A model generated the notes under the pieces. That model saw nothing but the letters and a program-made list of their open reading frames with translations. It made no database searches and had not been told where the DNA came from. DNA of 64,000 nucleotides, taken from NCBI GenBank assembly GCA_040767195.1, contig JAXGPA010000001.1, positions 288,001 to 352,000 of the forward strand. The letters are read 5' to 3'. Made by a program: the position numbers and the translations under genes. Source of the DNA: Syntrophales bacterium. GTDB lineage: Bacteria > Desulfobacterota > Syntrophia > Syntrophales > UBA6807. Within the stretch, counting starts at the first letter, position 1. Each line of letters begins with the position of its first letter. This document shows, in pieces, positions 1-8,925 of this stretch.

Positions 1-2028
1 ACGGGGCAGACGTTCCAGTTCGTCTCCGTGGGGTCGTGGTCCATCACCTTCACGGGAGATCCTCCCGACCCGTCGGAGGCCCTCGTCGTCGACCCGTCCG
101 GCCTGGAACCTCCGGGAACCCTCGGAAAAGTCGTCGTTGGGGTGAAACCGGATGGAGAAATCCAGGCCCTTTCCGTTTCCGTGTTCCAGCCCTCCATGAA
201 ACCGTTGCCGGGAGGGACCTGGTGGGACCTGCTGAAGAACGAGACGGGCGACGGCAAGACCTGGATCAACGCCCAGGACTGGAAGTATCCCCTGGTCCAC
301 GTCAAGACGCCGGACGCCCTTGACATGAAGAAGATGGTCACCCTGAATTTCTGGAGAAGCCCCCAGGGGAACGAATCGGCGGACATCTCCTTCGGAGACT
401 GGGGAACGGTGACCCACAGGGGAATATTACGGGAACGGCCGATCCCCGGAACCGGGGGCCGCCCCGCGTCCTTCACCAGCGCCGTTCTGAACAACGAAGC
501 CTACGTCTTCGACAGCACCGGGTCCTACGACCCCACCGGGTCCCTTCACACCTACACCATCGTGTGGACCCCCACCCGCATGGCCCAGTACATCGACGCC
601 CCCGACCGGGGCCGGGACATCGCCAACGCCATTCCTGTCACCGAATACCGGATCAAAGACTTCCCGTCCCTGGACCACTCCGGTCCCCAGGCCGAAGGCG
701 CCGACGTTCCCTGGATCGGCACGGAACTGAACCAGCCTATCGGGAACGTGACCATGAACGTGGCCAACTACGTGGCTTTCCGTGCCGCCTCGGCGGGAAC
801 CAACGCCGGTCGGATCACGGGAGACCCGGTGGCCGGCAGCGCCACCGTTCAGAACGTGGCCTTCCAGGACCTGTCCGACGACATGGTTCTCGTCGGGAAA
901 GGGGTCACCGGCCGGGGAATCCCCCCGGGCACGGCGGTCCTTTCCGTCGACAGGACGGGGAAAACGCTCACCATGAACAAGGCCGCCTCGGTTTCCGTGA
1001 CAGGAAGCTGTCTCACCGTGGGGCAGGAGATCCTCAAGCTGAACATAAATGAGGGGGACGCCATCCTCCGCGGTTTCGATCTGAAGAAAGACGAGACCGT
1101 TTCCGACAAGGTGGCCGTCGGCCAGATCGTTCTGGGAGACGGCATTCCCGACGGAGCCACGGTGAAAAGCATCGACGTCGTCGGCAAAACCGCCACGATG
1201 ACCCTCGGGGCCCAAAAGACACAGACGGGAGCGGACCTCGTTTTCCAGACCGCTCCCTCCGGCTCCGGGTGGTCCGGACCACCCCCCGGGACGGATTTTA
1301 CCGCCGCCGATGCCTATGTCCGGTCCCTGGGATTCTTTCCCCTCACCTCCCGGGCCGAGGTCGGCACGGCCGTTTCTGATTTCCTGACCGACCCGGGCGA
1401 TCCCGATGTCTTCTGGCTCGACTTCTCCGACGGGACCTGGACGGCGGAAAATTTCAACAGCCGGATCACGAAGTATTTCGGGATCCTTTACGCCCAGGAC
1501 TACACCCGTGCCGGGGCCATTCCCGGGAAAAGCCCTCTCCGGGACGCCAAAAGCCCCGAAAACGTGACCTATGAAACCCTTTCGGACGGCCACGGGGCCA
1601 TGCGCCTGCGGTGCTCCCTGTCCCAGGAAAAGCCGGCAAGGAATTTCTTCGTCCTCCAGCCCAAGCAGGCAAAGGACGACATCATCGGCCCGGGCAACCC
1701 CCTGGTCCGGGCGGAGATTTCATCGAAGGAGGACGCCGCCCGCCATTATGCCGCGAGCAGCTCCGTCACGACCCCGAGCGCCTTTTACGGGCCGCCCCCG
1801 GGCGAGAGCGTCACCGTCCTGGTGAAGGTGTGGGTTTCCGAAAAGGGCTTCTACGATCCCGACGCCCAGGGGAACCCGATAGACCCCGCTTCCGACTACG
1901 AGGCTGAAATTCTTCTGAAAGCCGACGAAGACGGGACCCTGTCCTGGGAGGCCACCGAGGACACCCACGGGGTCATCGAGGCGTTTCAGTCGAAGAACCC
2001 TCACCTCATCACGGTGAAGGCCCCGTAG
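1..2028 (+). CDS. Large hypothetical, probably extracellular protein (5' partial) with a GH16/LamG-like segment and two tandem beta-rich repeats
   Basis: Frame 1 is open from base 1 (TGQTFQFVSVG...). HTYTIVWTPTRMAQYID resembles the GH16 HTYxIxWTP..W/YxD strand. Two copies of VG.xV.G.GIP.G.xV.S(V/I)D..GKT.TM. Confidence 0.55.
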   Translation, partial: TGQTFQFVSVGSWSITFTGDPPDPSEALVVDPSGLEPPGTLGKVVVGVKPDGEIQALSVSVFQPSMKPLPGGTWWDLLKNETGDGKTWINAQDWKYPLVHVKTPDALDMKKMVTLNFWRSPQGNESADISFGDWGTVTHRGILRERPIPGTGGRPASFTSAVLNNEAYVFDSTGSYDPTGSLHTYTIVWTPTRMAQYIDAPDRGRDIANAIPVTEYRIKDFPSLDHSGPQAEGADVPWIGTELNQPIGNVTMNVANYVAFRAASAGTNAGRITGDPVAGSATVQNVAFQDLSDDMVLVGKGVTGRGIPPGTAVLSVDRTGKTLTMNKAASVSVTGSCLTVGQEILKLNINEGDAILRGFDLKKDETVSDKVAVGQIVLGDGIPDGATVKSIDVVGKTATMTLGAQKTQTGADLVFQTAPSGSGWSGPPPGTDFTAADAYVRSLGFFPLTSRAEVGTAVSDFLTDPGDPDVFWLDFSDGTWTAENFNSRITKYFGILYAQDYTRAGAIPGKSPLRDAKSPENVTYETLSDGHGAMRLRCSLSQEKPARNFFVLQPKQAKDDIIGPGNPLVRAEISSKEDAARHYAASSSVTTPSAFYGPPPGESVTVLVKVWVSEKGFYDPDAQGNPIDPASDYEAEILLKADEDGTLSWEATEDTHGVIEAFQSKNPHLITVKAP

Positions 2029-3349
2029 GGAGCATGCCGAACCGGTCCATGAGCCAGTGGAGGACCCGCTCGTTGGAGAGGGCGGCGGCGCCGGCCTGGC
2101 AGTGAAGGCCCGCCCCCTCGCCGGCGGTGAAGGGCATCCAGGTTTTGGGGCCGGCGAGCCGGTCGAAGAGGATCTTCGACTGGCCGGGCATGAGGGTGTC
2201 GCAGGCCCCGTCCACCACCAGGACGGGACACCGGATGTCGTCCACGCAGTCCTTGAGGGTGTAGGAACGAAGGGCCTTCAGCCAGTCCACCGGGGTGGCG
2301 GCGCCGAACTTCCACATGCCGTCGTTGAAGGACCACCGGGCCATGGGATCGCTTTTCATGTTTTCAAGGATCTCCCGGTTTATGTCCCGGCTCGCCGCCG
2401 GGTCGTCCAGGAGCTCGGCGAACCCCGGGGGAGCATGATGGTGGAGGACGGCGGCGAAGAAATCGTAGACCCCGCCGTTGGCGATGCAGGCCCCGATACG
2501 CTTCTCGTAGGCGGCCGCCCGGGGGGCCAGGTAGCCGCCCATGCTGATCCCCATGAGGGCGATCCGTTCCGGGTCGATCCCCTTCTGCCGGATAGCGAAG
2601 TCCACCGCCGGCGTCACCACCTTTTCCCAGTCCGGCCGGAAGAGAATTTTCTGCTCCCGGAGGACCCGGCCCTGCCCGGGCCCCTCGAAAACCAGGCAGT
2701 GGAACCCCCGGGCCACCGCCGCCCGGGCGACGCTGAAATAGAGTTCCTCCGCCGTCCCGTCAAAACCCGTGTTGACCATGAGGAGGGGCCGCTTCACCGC
2801 CGAGTCGTCGACGAGACAGAGATACCCGGGCAGGGTGGTGTTCTCGTAGGGAATCTCCACCGGCCTTATGATGTCGTTCGACAGGGCCGCCCCCTTGAGG
2901 AAGGATTCCCGGCTTTTCCCCCAGGTTTCGAGGATCCGGGGATCCCGGGGATCGGCGTGGAGAAAGAACTCGGCGGAACGGTAATACCCGGAGGCGCGGA
3001 AGTAACACTCCCGGGCGCTCACCGGATCCCGTCCCTTCACGAAGGCGTCCGCCTCTCTTTCCAGCCGCTCCGCCGTTTCCCGCCACGCCCGGTACCAGCT
3101 CTCATCGTCCCCTTCCCGGACTCCGTGAATGGCGACCAGGCATTCCCCGATGTCGGCGCCTCCGTAGTAAGCCCCGCCCAGGGCCCGAACGGCCTCGAAG
3201 GCGTACGTATCACCTTTAAAAAATGGGTGAAGGGCCGCACAGGCATGGGCGGACGCCTGCGGTGAAACGGGGCTTTTCCGGATACCCCCGCAGGCGGTGA
3301 GCCCCAGTAACGACACGACCAGGATGAACAGGACAACACGACGCTTCAT
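2009..3349 (-). CDS. Alpha/beta hydrolase lipoprotein (FrsA / 2,6-dihydropseudooxynicotine hydrolase-like esterase family)
   Basis: Lipobox LLGLTAC, GFDGTAEE, EGPGQG, nucleophile elbow GISMGG, C-terminal HCQ. RBS GGAG upstream. Confidence 0.85.
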   Translation of the reverse strand: MKRRVVLFILVVSLLGLTACGGIRKSPVSPQASAHACAALHPFFKGDTYAFEAVRALGGAYYGGADIGECLVAIHGVREGDDESWYRAWRETAERLEREADAFVKGRDPVSARECYFRASGYYRSAEFFLHADPRDPRILETWGKSRESFLKGAALSNDIIRPVEIPYENTTLPGYLCLVDDSAVKRPLLMVNTGFDGTAEELYFSVARAAVARGFHCLVFEGPGQGRVLREQKILFRPDWEKVVTPAVDFAIRQKGIDPERIALMGISMGGYLAPRAAAYEKRIGACIANGGVYDFFAAVLHHHAPPGFAELLDDPAASRDINREILENMKSDPMARWSFNDGMWKFGAATPVDWLKALRSYTLKDCVDDIRCPVLVVDGACDTLMPGQSKILFDRLAGPKTWMPFTAGEGAGLHCQAGAAALSNERVLHWLMDRFGMLPTGPSP

Positions 3350-3381
3350 GAGATTCTCCTATAATGTTTGTTGACTCCCTG

Positions 3382-3849
3382 CTAACGCCGGACACGAACC
3401 ACCCGGCCCCCGCTGGCCCGGACCAGTTCATCGCTTTCCACCCGAACGAGGGCGCTTTCCGACCCCCCGCCCGTGTAGACCCGTTCCTTTTCCAGGACCC
3501 TGGGATCCACCAGGAACGACGCCGTAAAGCCGAAGGACGGTGTTCCTCCGCAGGGAAAACCCGTCCGTTCCAGGATTTCCTCCGGTGTGGCCATGCGGAC
3601 CGATTTCACGTTCAGGGCCCCGGCGACCCGGGAGGCGCTGACCCGGTCTTCCCCTTTGACAACGGCGACGACGATCCTCCCGTCTTCCGTGATCATGCAG
3701 ATATTTTTCACCAGGTCCTCCGGGGAGGCCGAAGCGGCGGCGGCCGCTTCGGCCACGGTGTGGCACGGCCGGTCAAAGGACAGGTGCTCCGCTGAAATCC
3801 CCTTTTCCCTGATGAATGTTTTCAGCTGCTCCTCGTGCGGATCCGCCAT
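3382..3849 (-). CDS. YbaK/EbsC (aminoacyl-tRNA editing) family protein
   Basis: HTVAEAA..LVKNI, TGFPCGGTPSFG, YTGGGSE. Has its own GGAGG RBS before ATG 3849. Confidence 0.85.
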   Translation of the reverse strand: MADPHEEQLKTFIREKGISAEHLSFDRPCHTVAEAAAAASASPEDLVKNICMITEDGRIVVAVVKGEDRVSASRVAGALNVKSVRMATPEEILERTGFPCGGTPSFGFTASFLVDPRVLEKERVYTGGGSESALVRVESDELVRASGGRVVRVRR

Positions 3850-4125
3850 GGTTCCTCCATCGTGCCGCTTATTCCCGCCCGGTGAGACCGGGGTCTGTGA
3901 TGACCCGGGAGGGGCCGCCCCTTCCCGGTCCTTTTTTTCCACAACCCGGATCGCGTTCCGGGGACACTCGAGGACGGCTTTCCCGATCTTGTTCCTGTGG
4001 GGGGTATCGTCGGGAACCTCGAAGGAAGACCGCAGATACATGCCCCAGAGGTGAAAAACCTCGAAGCATGTGCTGACGCACTTCTCGCAGCCGTTGCAAA
4101 GATCGCCGCGGATGATTATCTTCAT
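3850..4125 (-). CDS. Single-cluster ferredoxin domain, in frame with the downstream YbaK (no stop between them)
   Basis: CNGCEKC..TCFEVF...ECPRNAI pattern; AAGGA upstream of ATG 4125. Confidence 0.7.
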
Positions 4126-4177
4126 GGGAGAAGTCCTTGAGAGTGATTCGGATCACCACAAAGCGGCCCAAGATATC

Positions 4178-4519
4178 ATGGAAAAGAACCTGCGACAAGA
4201 GGCCGGCACCATCGAGGCCATGATTCGTCTCTACTGCCGGGAGCGCCACCAGGGGGGAAACGATCTCTGCCCGGCCTGCGGCGACCTTCTCCGGTACGCC
4301 CGCGACCGTCTCGACCGGTGCCTCTACGGTAAAGACAAGCCGACCTGCAGCCGCTGCCCCGTCCACTGTTACCGGCCCGACTTCCGGGAACGCATCCGGG
4401 ACGTGATGCGCTACGCCGGACCCCGGATGTGGCGCCGCCACCCCCTCCTGGCCCTCCGCCACGGCCTGAGGAAGCGCCGCAAACTGGAAGCACCCCCGGT
4501 AAAAAAGAAACAAGGGTGA
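4178..4519 (+). CDS. YgbA family (nitrous oxide-stimulated promoter) Cys-rich protein
   Basis: MIRLYC..H, LCPACGDL..YA..RLDRC, KPTCSRCPVHCY, MRYAGPRM..RHP. Confidence 0.88.
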   Translation: MEKNLRQEAGTIEAMIRLYCRERHQGGNDLCPACGDLLRYARDRLDRCLYGKDKPTCSRCPVHCYRPDFRERIRDVMRYAGPRMWRRHPLLALRHGLRKRRKLEAPPVKKKQG

Positions 4520-4845
4520 GGGTTTCCCCCTCACTTCCCGAATTGCCCTGGGAGGGGCCGTCCTTTCGAAGGGACGCCCGTTTTCTCCATTTCCGCCGCT
4601 TCCGTCATGATGACCCCGAACCGGTGTTTCAGCTCGTAGAAGCCGTGCCACCAGGCATCGTCGGGAGCCATTCGCTGCTTAACAAGAAGGTAACAGGTTC
4701 CGTTGCAGAGATGGACAACGGCATCGAGATTTTCGAAATGACCGGCTGTCCAGGTGCCGTCCCCGCCCCGAGGGCCACGAGGATCAGAATGACGGGCAGA
4801 AGGAAAAACCGTCGCAGGAAGGCCGGGAGAAGACGGAAACGCCGT

Positions 4846-5310
4846 CTATCCTCCCGCCGTCTGCGGGAAGGCGGCATTGGCATAGAGGTACTCCACCTTT
4901 TCCTTGTGCTTCATCTCCTGGCTCGCCATCATGAGAAGCATGTCCCGGACCGGACCCTCGGGATGGGCCTTGGCCAGGGCCGTGTAAAAATCGTGGGCCC
5001 GACGTTCCCGGTGGGCCGCTATGAGGAAAAGGCTCTTGAGATCTCCCGGGTCTTCGGGGGATGGCTCCGCCTCGTGTTCCGCCACCCGGTAGTCCACCGT
5101 GTCGGCGAACGTCATGGTGCCCGACGGCAGTTCCCCGTTCTTGTAACGGACGAGGAATTCCCTGTGTTTCTGCTCTTCCCGGGCCAGAAAGTCCAGGGTG
5201 TCCCGGGCCGTTTCGTCGGTCATACGCTCCCGGAGATCCTGGTAGAAGGCACAGGCCTCCTCTTCCCGGGCAATGGCGAGATCCAGCAGGCTGGAAATTT
5301 TCTTCTCCAC
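4846..5310 (-). CDS. Rubrerythrin/ferritin-like di-iron protein
   Basis: AIAREE..FY, LAREEQKH, ERRAHDFY, MASQEMKH duplicated ExxH motifs. Confidence 0.85.
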   Translation of the reverse strand: MEKKISSLLDLAIAREEEACAFYQDLRERMTDETARDTLDFLAREEQKHREFLVRYKNGELPSGTMTFADTVDYRVAEHEAEPSPEDPGDLKSLFLIAAHRERRAHDFYTALAKAHPEGPVRDMLLMMASQEMKHKEKVEYLYANAAFPQTAGG

Positions 5311-5634
5311 CGATACACCTCCTCAGGTCCGTCTTTTCTTCCACACCAGCGTCACGGTCCCCCGTTCAAAAAAACCGCCGATGGTCCCCACCGGCTCCCC
5401 TGCCGCGACATTATAAACTTACCAGGCCGTTAGAGAACACACTACCGGCGTTGAAAGAAAAAAATTCTTCGAGGACCGTCCCCGACGGCGGCTTCCTGAA
5501 ACCGCTTCCGTGGAAATTATAAGGGATAAACGTGCCCTTTTCAATGGATTATCTGTCGGCGAATGGCCTCGAGCGAAAGATGTTACCCAAGGCGGGGTGA
5601 CCTGTGATGGACGGCAAAATGCGGGTTTCACTTT

Positions 5635-5800
5635 TGACGGCTTCGTAAAAAGATCCATATGCTGCGTTGCTCTTCATCCATCGTCATTGCGACGTACCGA
5701 TACGTACGTCTCATTCCTCGGGACTTGGGCGCCTTGCCTCTGGATCTTTTTACAAAGCCGCCGGTAACTGAACTTTTTTCGAGTTTTTACGGGTTCACCA
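5635..5800. mobile_element. 166-bp structured dispersed repeat (MITE/REP-like), copy 1
   Basis: Ungapped match to 44105-44270 (22 mismatches by manual count). Imperfect terminal inverted repeats. Flanked by a CTTT direct repeat (5631-5634, 5801-5804). Confidence 0.8.
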
Positions 5801-5861
5801 CTTTTTACAGGGGGAAAAAAGTGATATGTAAGGGGCAACAAATTCACGGGCGCAGGGTCTC

Positions 5862-6353
5862 ATGGCATCTTTCCTCAAAATGATTCCCGACACCTTTCGG
5901 GCCACCATTACGCTTCGTTTTTTCGGCTTGTTGAAAATCCCCCTTCTCTTCTTCATCCGCCCATCCGTTGTTGAGATGGACCGCCGCCGGATCGTCGTGA
6001 AGATTCCCTTGAGGCGTCGGACGAAAAACCACCTGGGGGCCATGTACTTCGGCGTCCTGGCCGCCGGTGCGGACTGCGCCGGCGGACTGCTGGCCATGCG
6101 CTTCATCATGGAAAGCGGCCGAAAGATCTCGCTGGTCTTCAAAAGCTTTACAGCCGAGTTTCTCAAGCGGGCGGAAGGGGACGTTTTTTTCACCTGCGAG
6201 GACGGCGAGGCCATCACCGGTCTCGTGGAAAGGGCCATCGCGGTCCCGGAGCGGGTGGAAGCCCCCGTTCACGTGGTGGCGACGGTCCCGGACAAGCTTG
6301 GAACGGAACCGGTGGCCCGTTTCACCCTCATCCTGTCCCTCAAAGAAAGATAA
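5862..6353 (+). CDS. Hotdog-fold thioesterase-like protein (DUF4442/PaaI-like)
   Basis: PLRRRTKNHLGAMYFG, ADCAGG, AEFLKRAEGDV. Confidence 0.8.
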   Translation: MASFLKMIPDTFRATITLRFFGLLKIPLLFFIRPSVVEMDRRRIVVKIPLRRRTKNHLGAMYFGVLAAGADCAGGLLAMRFIMESGRKISLVFKSFTAEFLKRAEGDVFFTCEDGEAITGLVERAIAVPERVEAPVHVVATVPDKLGTEPVARFTLILSLKER

Positions 6354-6373
6354 AAGAAAAAGCACGCATCATG

Positions 6374-6389
6374 GTCGCATAATCGCGAC
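6374..6389. promoter_or_regulatory. Palindromic putative enhancer (sigma54 activator) site GTCGCATAATCGCGAC
   Basis: Palindrome about 100 bp upstream of a -24/-12 promoter; near-identical site at 7317-7332. Confidence 0.55.
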
Positions 6390-6472
6390 ACTTAACCGGC
6401 GCACAGAGGTTCTCTTCCCTCACCTTTTCTGTATCTCCTTGTTTTTAATTCATATTCCAAGTCAATAACCCA

Positions 6473-6488
6473 CGGCACGATAATTGTA
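6473..6488 (+). promoter_or_regulatory. Putative sigma54 promoter of the orp-like operon
   Basis: CGGCACG-ATAA-TTGT versus consensus TGGCACG-N4-TTGC, with correct GG-N10 spacing. The predicted start leaves the GGGAGG RBS in the transcript. Confidence 0.6.
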
Positions 6489-6511
6489 TGATACAAAAAT
6501 GGGAGGTTACC

Positions 6512-6925
6512 ATGAAATTCGCCATACCCGTCTGGGGCGAGTTCCTATCGACAGTGTGCGACTTCTGCGACACCTGGGTGATCGTCGAACCGCACGCCCG
6601 GGAACCCTATCGGTGCGAATACATGGATTTTAAAAGTGTCGGTTTTATCGGGCGGATTGAAATACTGAAGAGCAAGGACGTCACGGTTCTTCTCTGTGGC
6701 GCCATCTCGAAAGCGCTGGAACACTGGGTCCGGGCGGCCGGCATAGAAGTGATCCCCTATCTCCGCGGGAAGACGGAAGACATCGTGGACGCCTACCTGC
6801 AGGACCGTCTTTATGAGGCCCGTTATTTTCTCCCCGGTTGCCGGCGGCATGCTTCGAGTGCAAGACCCAAACGGCGTTCCCCCGCCCACGGCGTCTCCCG
6901 GAAAGGAAAGGAAAAGAGCAGATGA
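6512..6925 (+). CDS. NifB/NifX-family (dinitrogenase FeMo-cofactor-binding fold) protein
   Basis: MKFAIPV, LLCGAIS, GIEVIP, FLPGC; GGGAGG RBS. Confidence 0.8.
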   Translation: MKFAIPVWGEFLSTVCDFCDTWVIVEPHAREPYRCEYMDFKSVGFIGRIEILKSKDVTVLLCGAISKALEHWVRAAGIEVIPYLRGKTEDIVDAYLQDRLYEARYFLPGCRRHASSARPKRRSPAHGVSRKGKEKSR

Positions 6926-7290
6926 AAGTAGCCGTGACATCCTACGGAGAGGACAGGAAAAGCAAGGTCGATTACAGTTTCGGCAGATGCAAGTATTTTG
7001 TCGTCATGGAGACGGAAACGGCATCGCTTTCCGCTTACAAAAACGATCAGAACATCCAGGCGGCCCAGGGAGCGGGAATCCAGGCGGCTCGAAATCTCGC
7101 CAATGCGGGTGTTTCAGAGGTGATCACGGGAAACGTTGGGCCCAACGCCTTCAAGACCCTGAAAGCGGCGGGTATCAAAATACACCTTCTCCCCCCGGGG
7201 ACACAAACCGTCGAAGAAGCCCTTCTGTTGTGGGAACGGGGTGAAACGACCAAGGCTACGGAGGCTACCGTGGAGGGACACTGGATATGA
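6922..7290 (+). CDS. NifB/NifX-family protein (Orange protein-like)
   Basis: FGRCKYF, GAGIQAA, ITGNVGPNAF; ATGA overlap with the upstream gene. Confidence 0.88.
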   Translation: MKVAVTSYGEDRKSKVDYSFGRCKYFVVMETETASLSAYKNDQNIQAAQGAGIQAARNLANAGVSEVITGNVGPNAFKTLKAAGIKIHLLPPGTQTVEEALLLWERGETTKATEATVEGHWI

Positions 7291-7316
7291 GAAGGAGTGA
7301 CGCTTTCGGGCAATAA

Positions 7317-7332
7317 GTTGCATAATTGCAAC
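7317..7332. promoter_or_regulatory. Second copy of the palindromic site, GTTGCATAATTGCAAC
   Basis: Same consensus GTYGCATAATYGCRAC as 6374-6389, in the intergenic gap before the next NifX gene. Confidence 0.55.
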
Positions 7333-7488
7333 CCAAAAAGCCCTTTCGGGATCAACGAAAGATCCGTCGGCGGGGTATACGGCACAAAAGACATGTGTGA
7401 AGAATTGAAATGAAGATGGGCGTTCGATGAAGCACGCCCCGCTCCGTCAAAAGGGCGGCGCGGCAGAAAGCAGAAAGGATACAGAAAT

Positions 7489-7989
7489 ATGAAACTGGCT
7501 TTTTCATCAATGGGAAAGGACCTGCAGGCGGAGGTGGACCCCCGGTTCGGCAGGGCCGCTTATTTTATTATCGTTGACAAGGATACCCTGGACTTCGAGG
7601 CGATTCCGAACCCCCATACCCAGGCCGGCGGCGCCGCCGGGATTCAGGCGGCCCGACTCGTCGTGGACCAGGGCGTGACGGCCGTCGTGACGGGAAACTG
7701 CGGGCCGAATGCCTTCCAGGTTCTCCAGGCAGCGGGCGTCCAGGTGATTACCGGCGTGAGCGGCTCCATTAAAGACGCTCTTCCCTCGGTCAAGGCTGGC
7801 CTCTTTGAAAAGGCGGAAAAGCCCAATGTGGGGGATCATTTCGGCATGGCCCCGGCCGCCGGCGGCCTTGGAAAAGGGTCAGGCGCGGGACGGGGCAGAG
7901 GAATGGGCCGAGGCGGCGGACGAGGTGGCGGACAAGGCCAGGGCGGCGGACGAGGCCAGGGCGGTGTTTTCCGTAAAGGGAAAAACTGA
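7489..7989 (+). CDS. NifB/NifX-family protein with Gly/Arg-rich C-terminal tail
   Basis: VDPRFGRAAYF, AGIQAA, TGNCGPNAF, tail GRGRGMGRGGGRGGGQGQGGGRG. Confidence 0.88.
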   Translation: MKLAFSSMGKDLQAEVDPRFGRAAYFIIVDKDTLDFEAIPNPHTQAGGAAGIQAARLVVDQGVTAVVTGNCGPNAFQVLQAAGVQVITGVSGSIKDALPSVKAGLFEKAEKPNVGDHFGMAPAAGGLGKGSGAGRGRGMGRGGGRGGGQGQGGGRGQGGVFRKGKN

Positions 7990-8028
7990 GCTTCCAGAAA
8001 TATAAACCATTCAACAGCAAGGTTTACC

Positions 8029-8925
8029 ATGAAGGGATACAGGATAACCATAGCCAGCGGCAAGGGGGGAACAGGCAAAACGACCTTTGCCACGAACCTC
8101 GCCGCGGTCATTGCGAAAGACGAGCCGGTCACCCTGCTCGACGGTGACGTGGAAGAGCCCAACTGCCATCTGTTTCTCAACCCTTCCATCATTTCAACGG
8201 AAGAGGTGACGGTACCCATCCCGGAGGTTGTGCCTGAAAAGTGCACCGCCTGCGGGATCTGCGCCGACGTCTGCGAGTTCAGCGCCATCATCGTCATCAA
8301 GGACCAGGTTCTGGTTTTCCCGGAACTCTGTCACGGTTGCGGGGCCTGCTGGCGTTTCTGTCCCGAGGACGCCCTTGTTGAAAAGAAAAAGCCCGTCGGG
8401 CGGATCGAGCGGGGAACCGCTTCGGGAATCCGTTTTGTCCACGGTTTTCTCAACATAGGCGAAATTATGACGCCCGCCGTGATCAGTTGCGTCAAGGAAG
8501 AGAGAAAGAACGGGGACATCTGCATCCTTGACGCCCCACCGGGAACGTCCTGCCCCGTCATCGAGGCGGTGAAAGGTTCCGATTTCGTTCTCCTCGTGAC
8601 GGAACCGACGCCTTTCGGCCTTTATGACCTCAGGCTCGCCGTGGACATGGTCCGACAGATGGGGATTCCCTGCGCCGTGGCCGTGAACCGCAGCACCATC
8701 GGGGACGACCGGGTCAACGCCTACTGCCGTGAAGAAAACATCCCCATCCTCGTGGAAGTCCCCGATGACCGCAGGATCGCAGAGGCCTACTCCCGGGGCC
8801 GGCTCATCTCGGAAATGGATGAGGCGTACGAAAAACTGTTCCGGGATCTGTGGACTTCCATCAAGGAGCTGGCGGAAAAAAACAAAACGGACGGATCAAT
8901 TTCGGAAAGACGGCAAGCACCATGA
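8029..8925 (+). CDS. MinD/ParA-type P-loop ATPase with 2x[4Fe-4S] insert (Orp ATPase)
   Basis: SGKGGTGKTT, DGDVEEPN, CTACGICADVC, CHGCGACWRFCP, DAPPGTSCP, TEPTPFG. Confidence 0.9.
   Translation: MKGYRITIASGKGGTGKTTFATNLAAVIAKDEPVTLLDGDVEEPNCHLFLNPSIISTEEVTVPIPEVVPEKCTACGICADVCEFSAIIVIKDQVLVFPELCHGCGACWRFCPEDALVEKKKPVGRIERGTASGIRFVHGFLNIGEIMTPAVISCVKEERKNGDICILDAPPGTSCPVIEAVKGSDFVLLVTEPTPFGLYDLRLAVDMVRQMGIPCAVAVNRSTIGDDRVNAYCREENIPILVEVPDDRRIAEAYSRGRLISEMDEAYEKLFRDLWTSIKELAEKNKTDGSISERRQAP

Noticed and set aside
4629..4883. 84-aa minus-strand ORF with a signal-peptide-like hydrophobic stretch
   Set aside because: Overlaps the ferritin gene end, has no clear RBS and no recognisable family; could be a small gene but is unsupported.
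5659..5883. Small ORFs overlapping the 166-bp repeat (also 5510..5767, 44090..44284, 44134..44325)
   Set aside because: Starts and stops are not conserved between the two copies while the hairpins are, so they are treated as spurious.
7380..7397. Second sigma54-like sequence CGGCACAAAAGACATGT
   Set aside because: The -12 element is not at the required GG-N10 distance.
7860..7965. GGCGGCGGACGAGG-type short repeats
   Set aside because: They encode the Gly/Arg-rich tail of the NifX protein and are not a DNA-level array.
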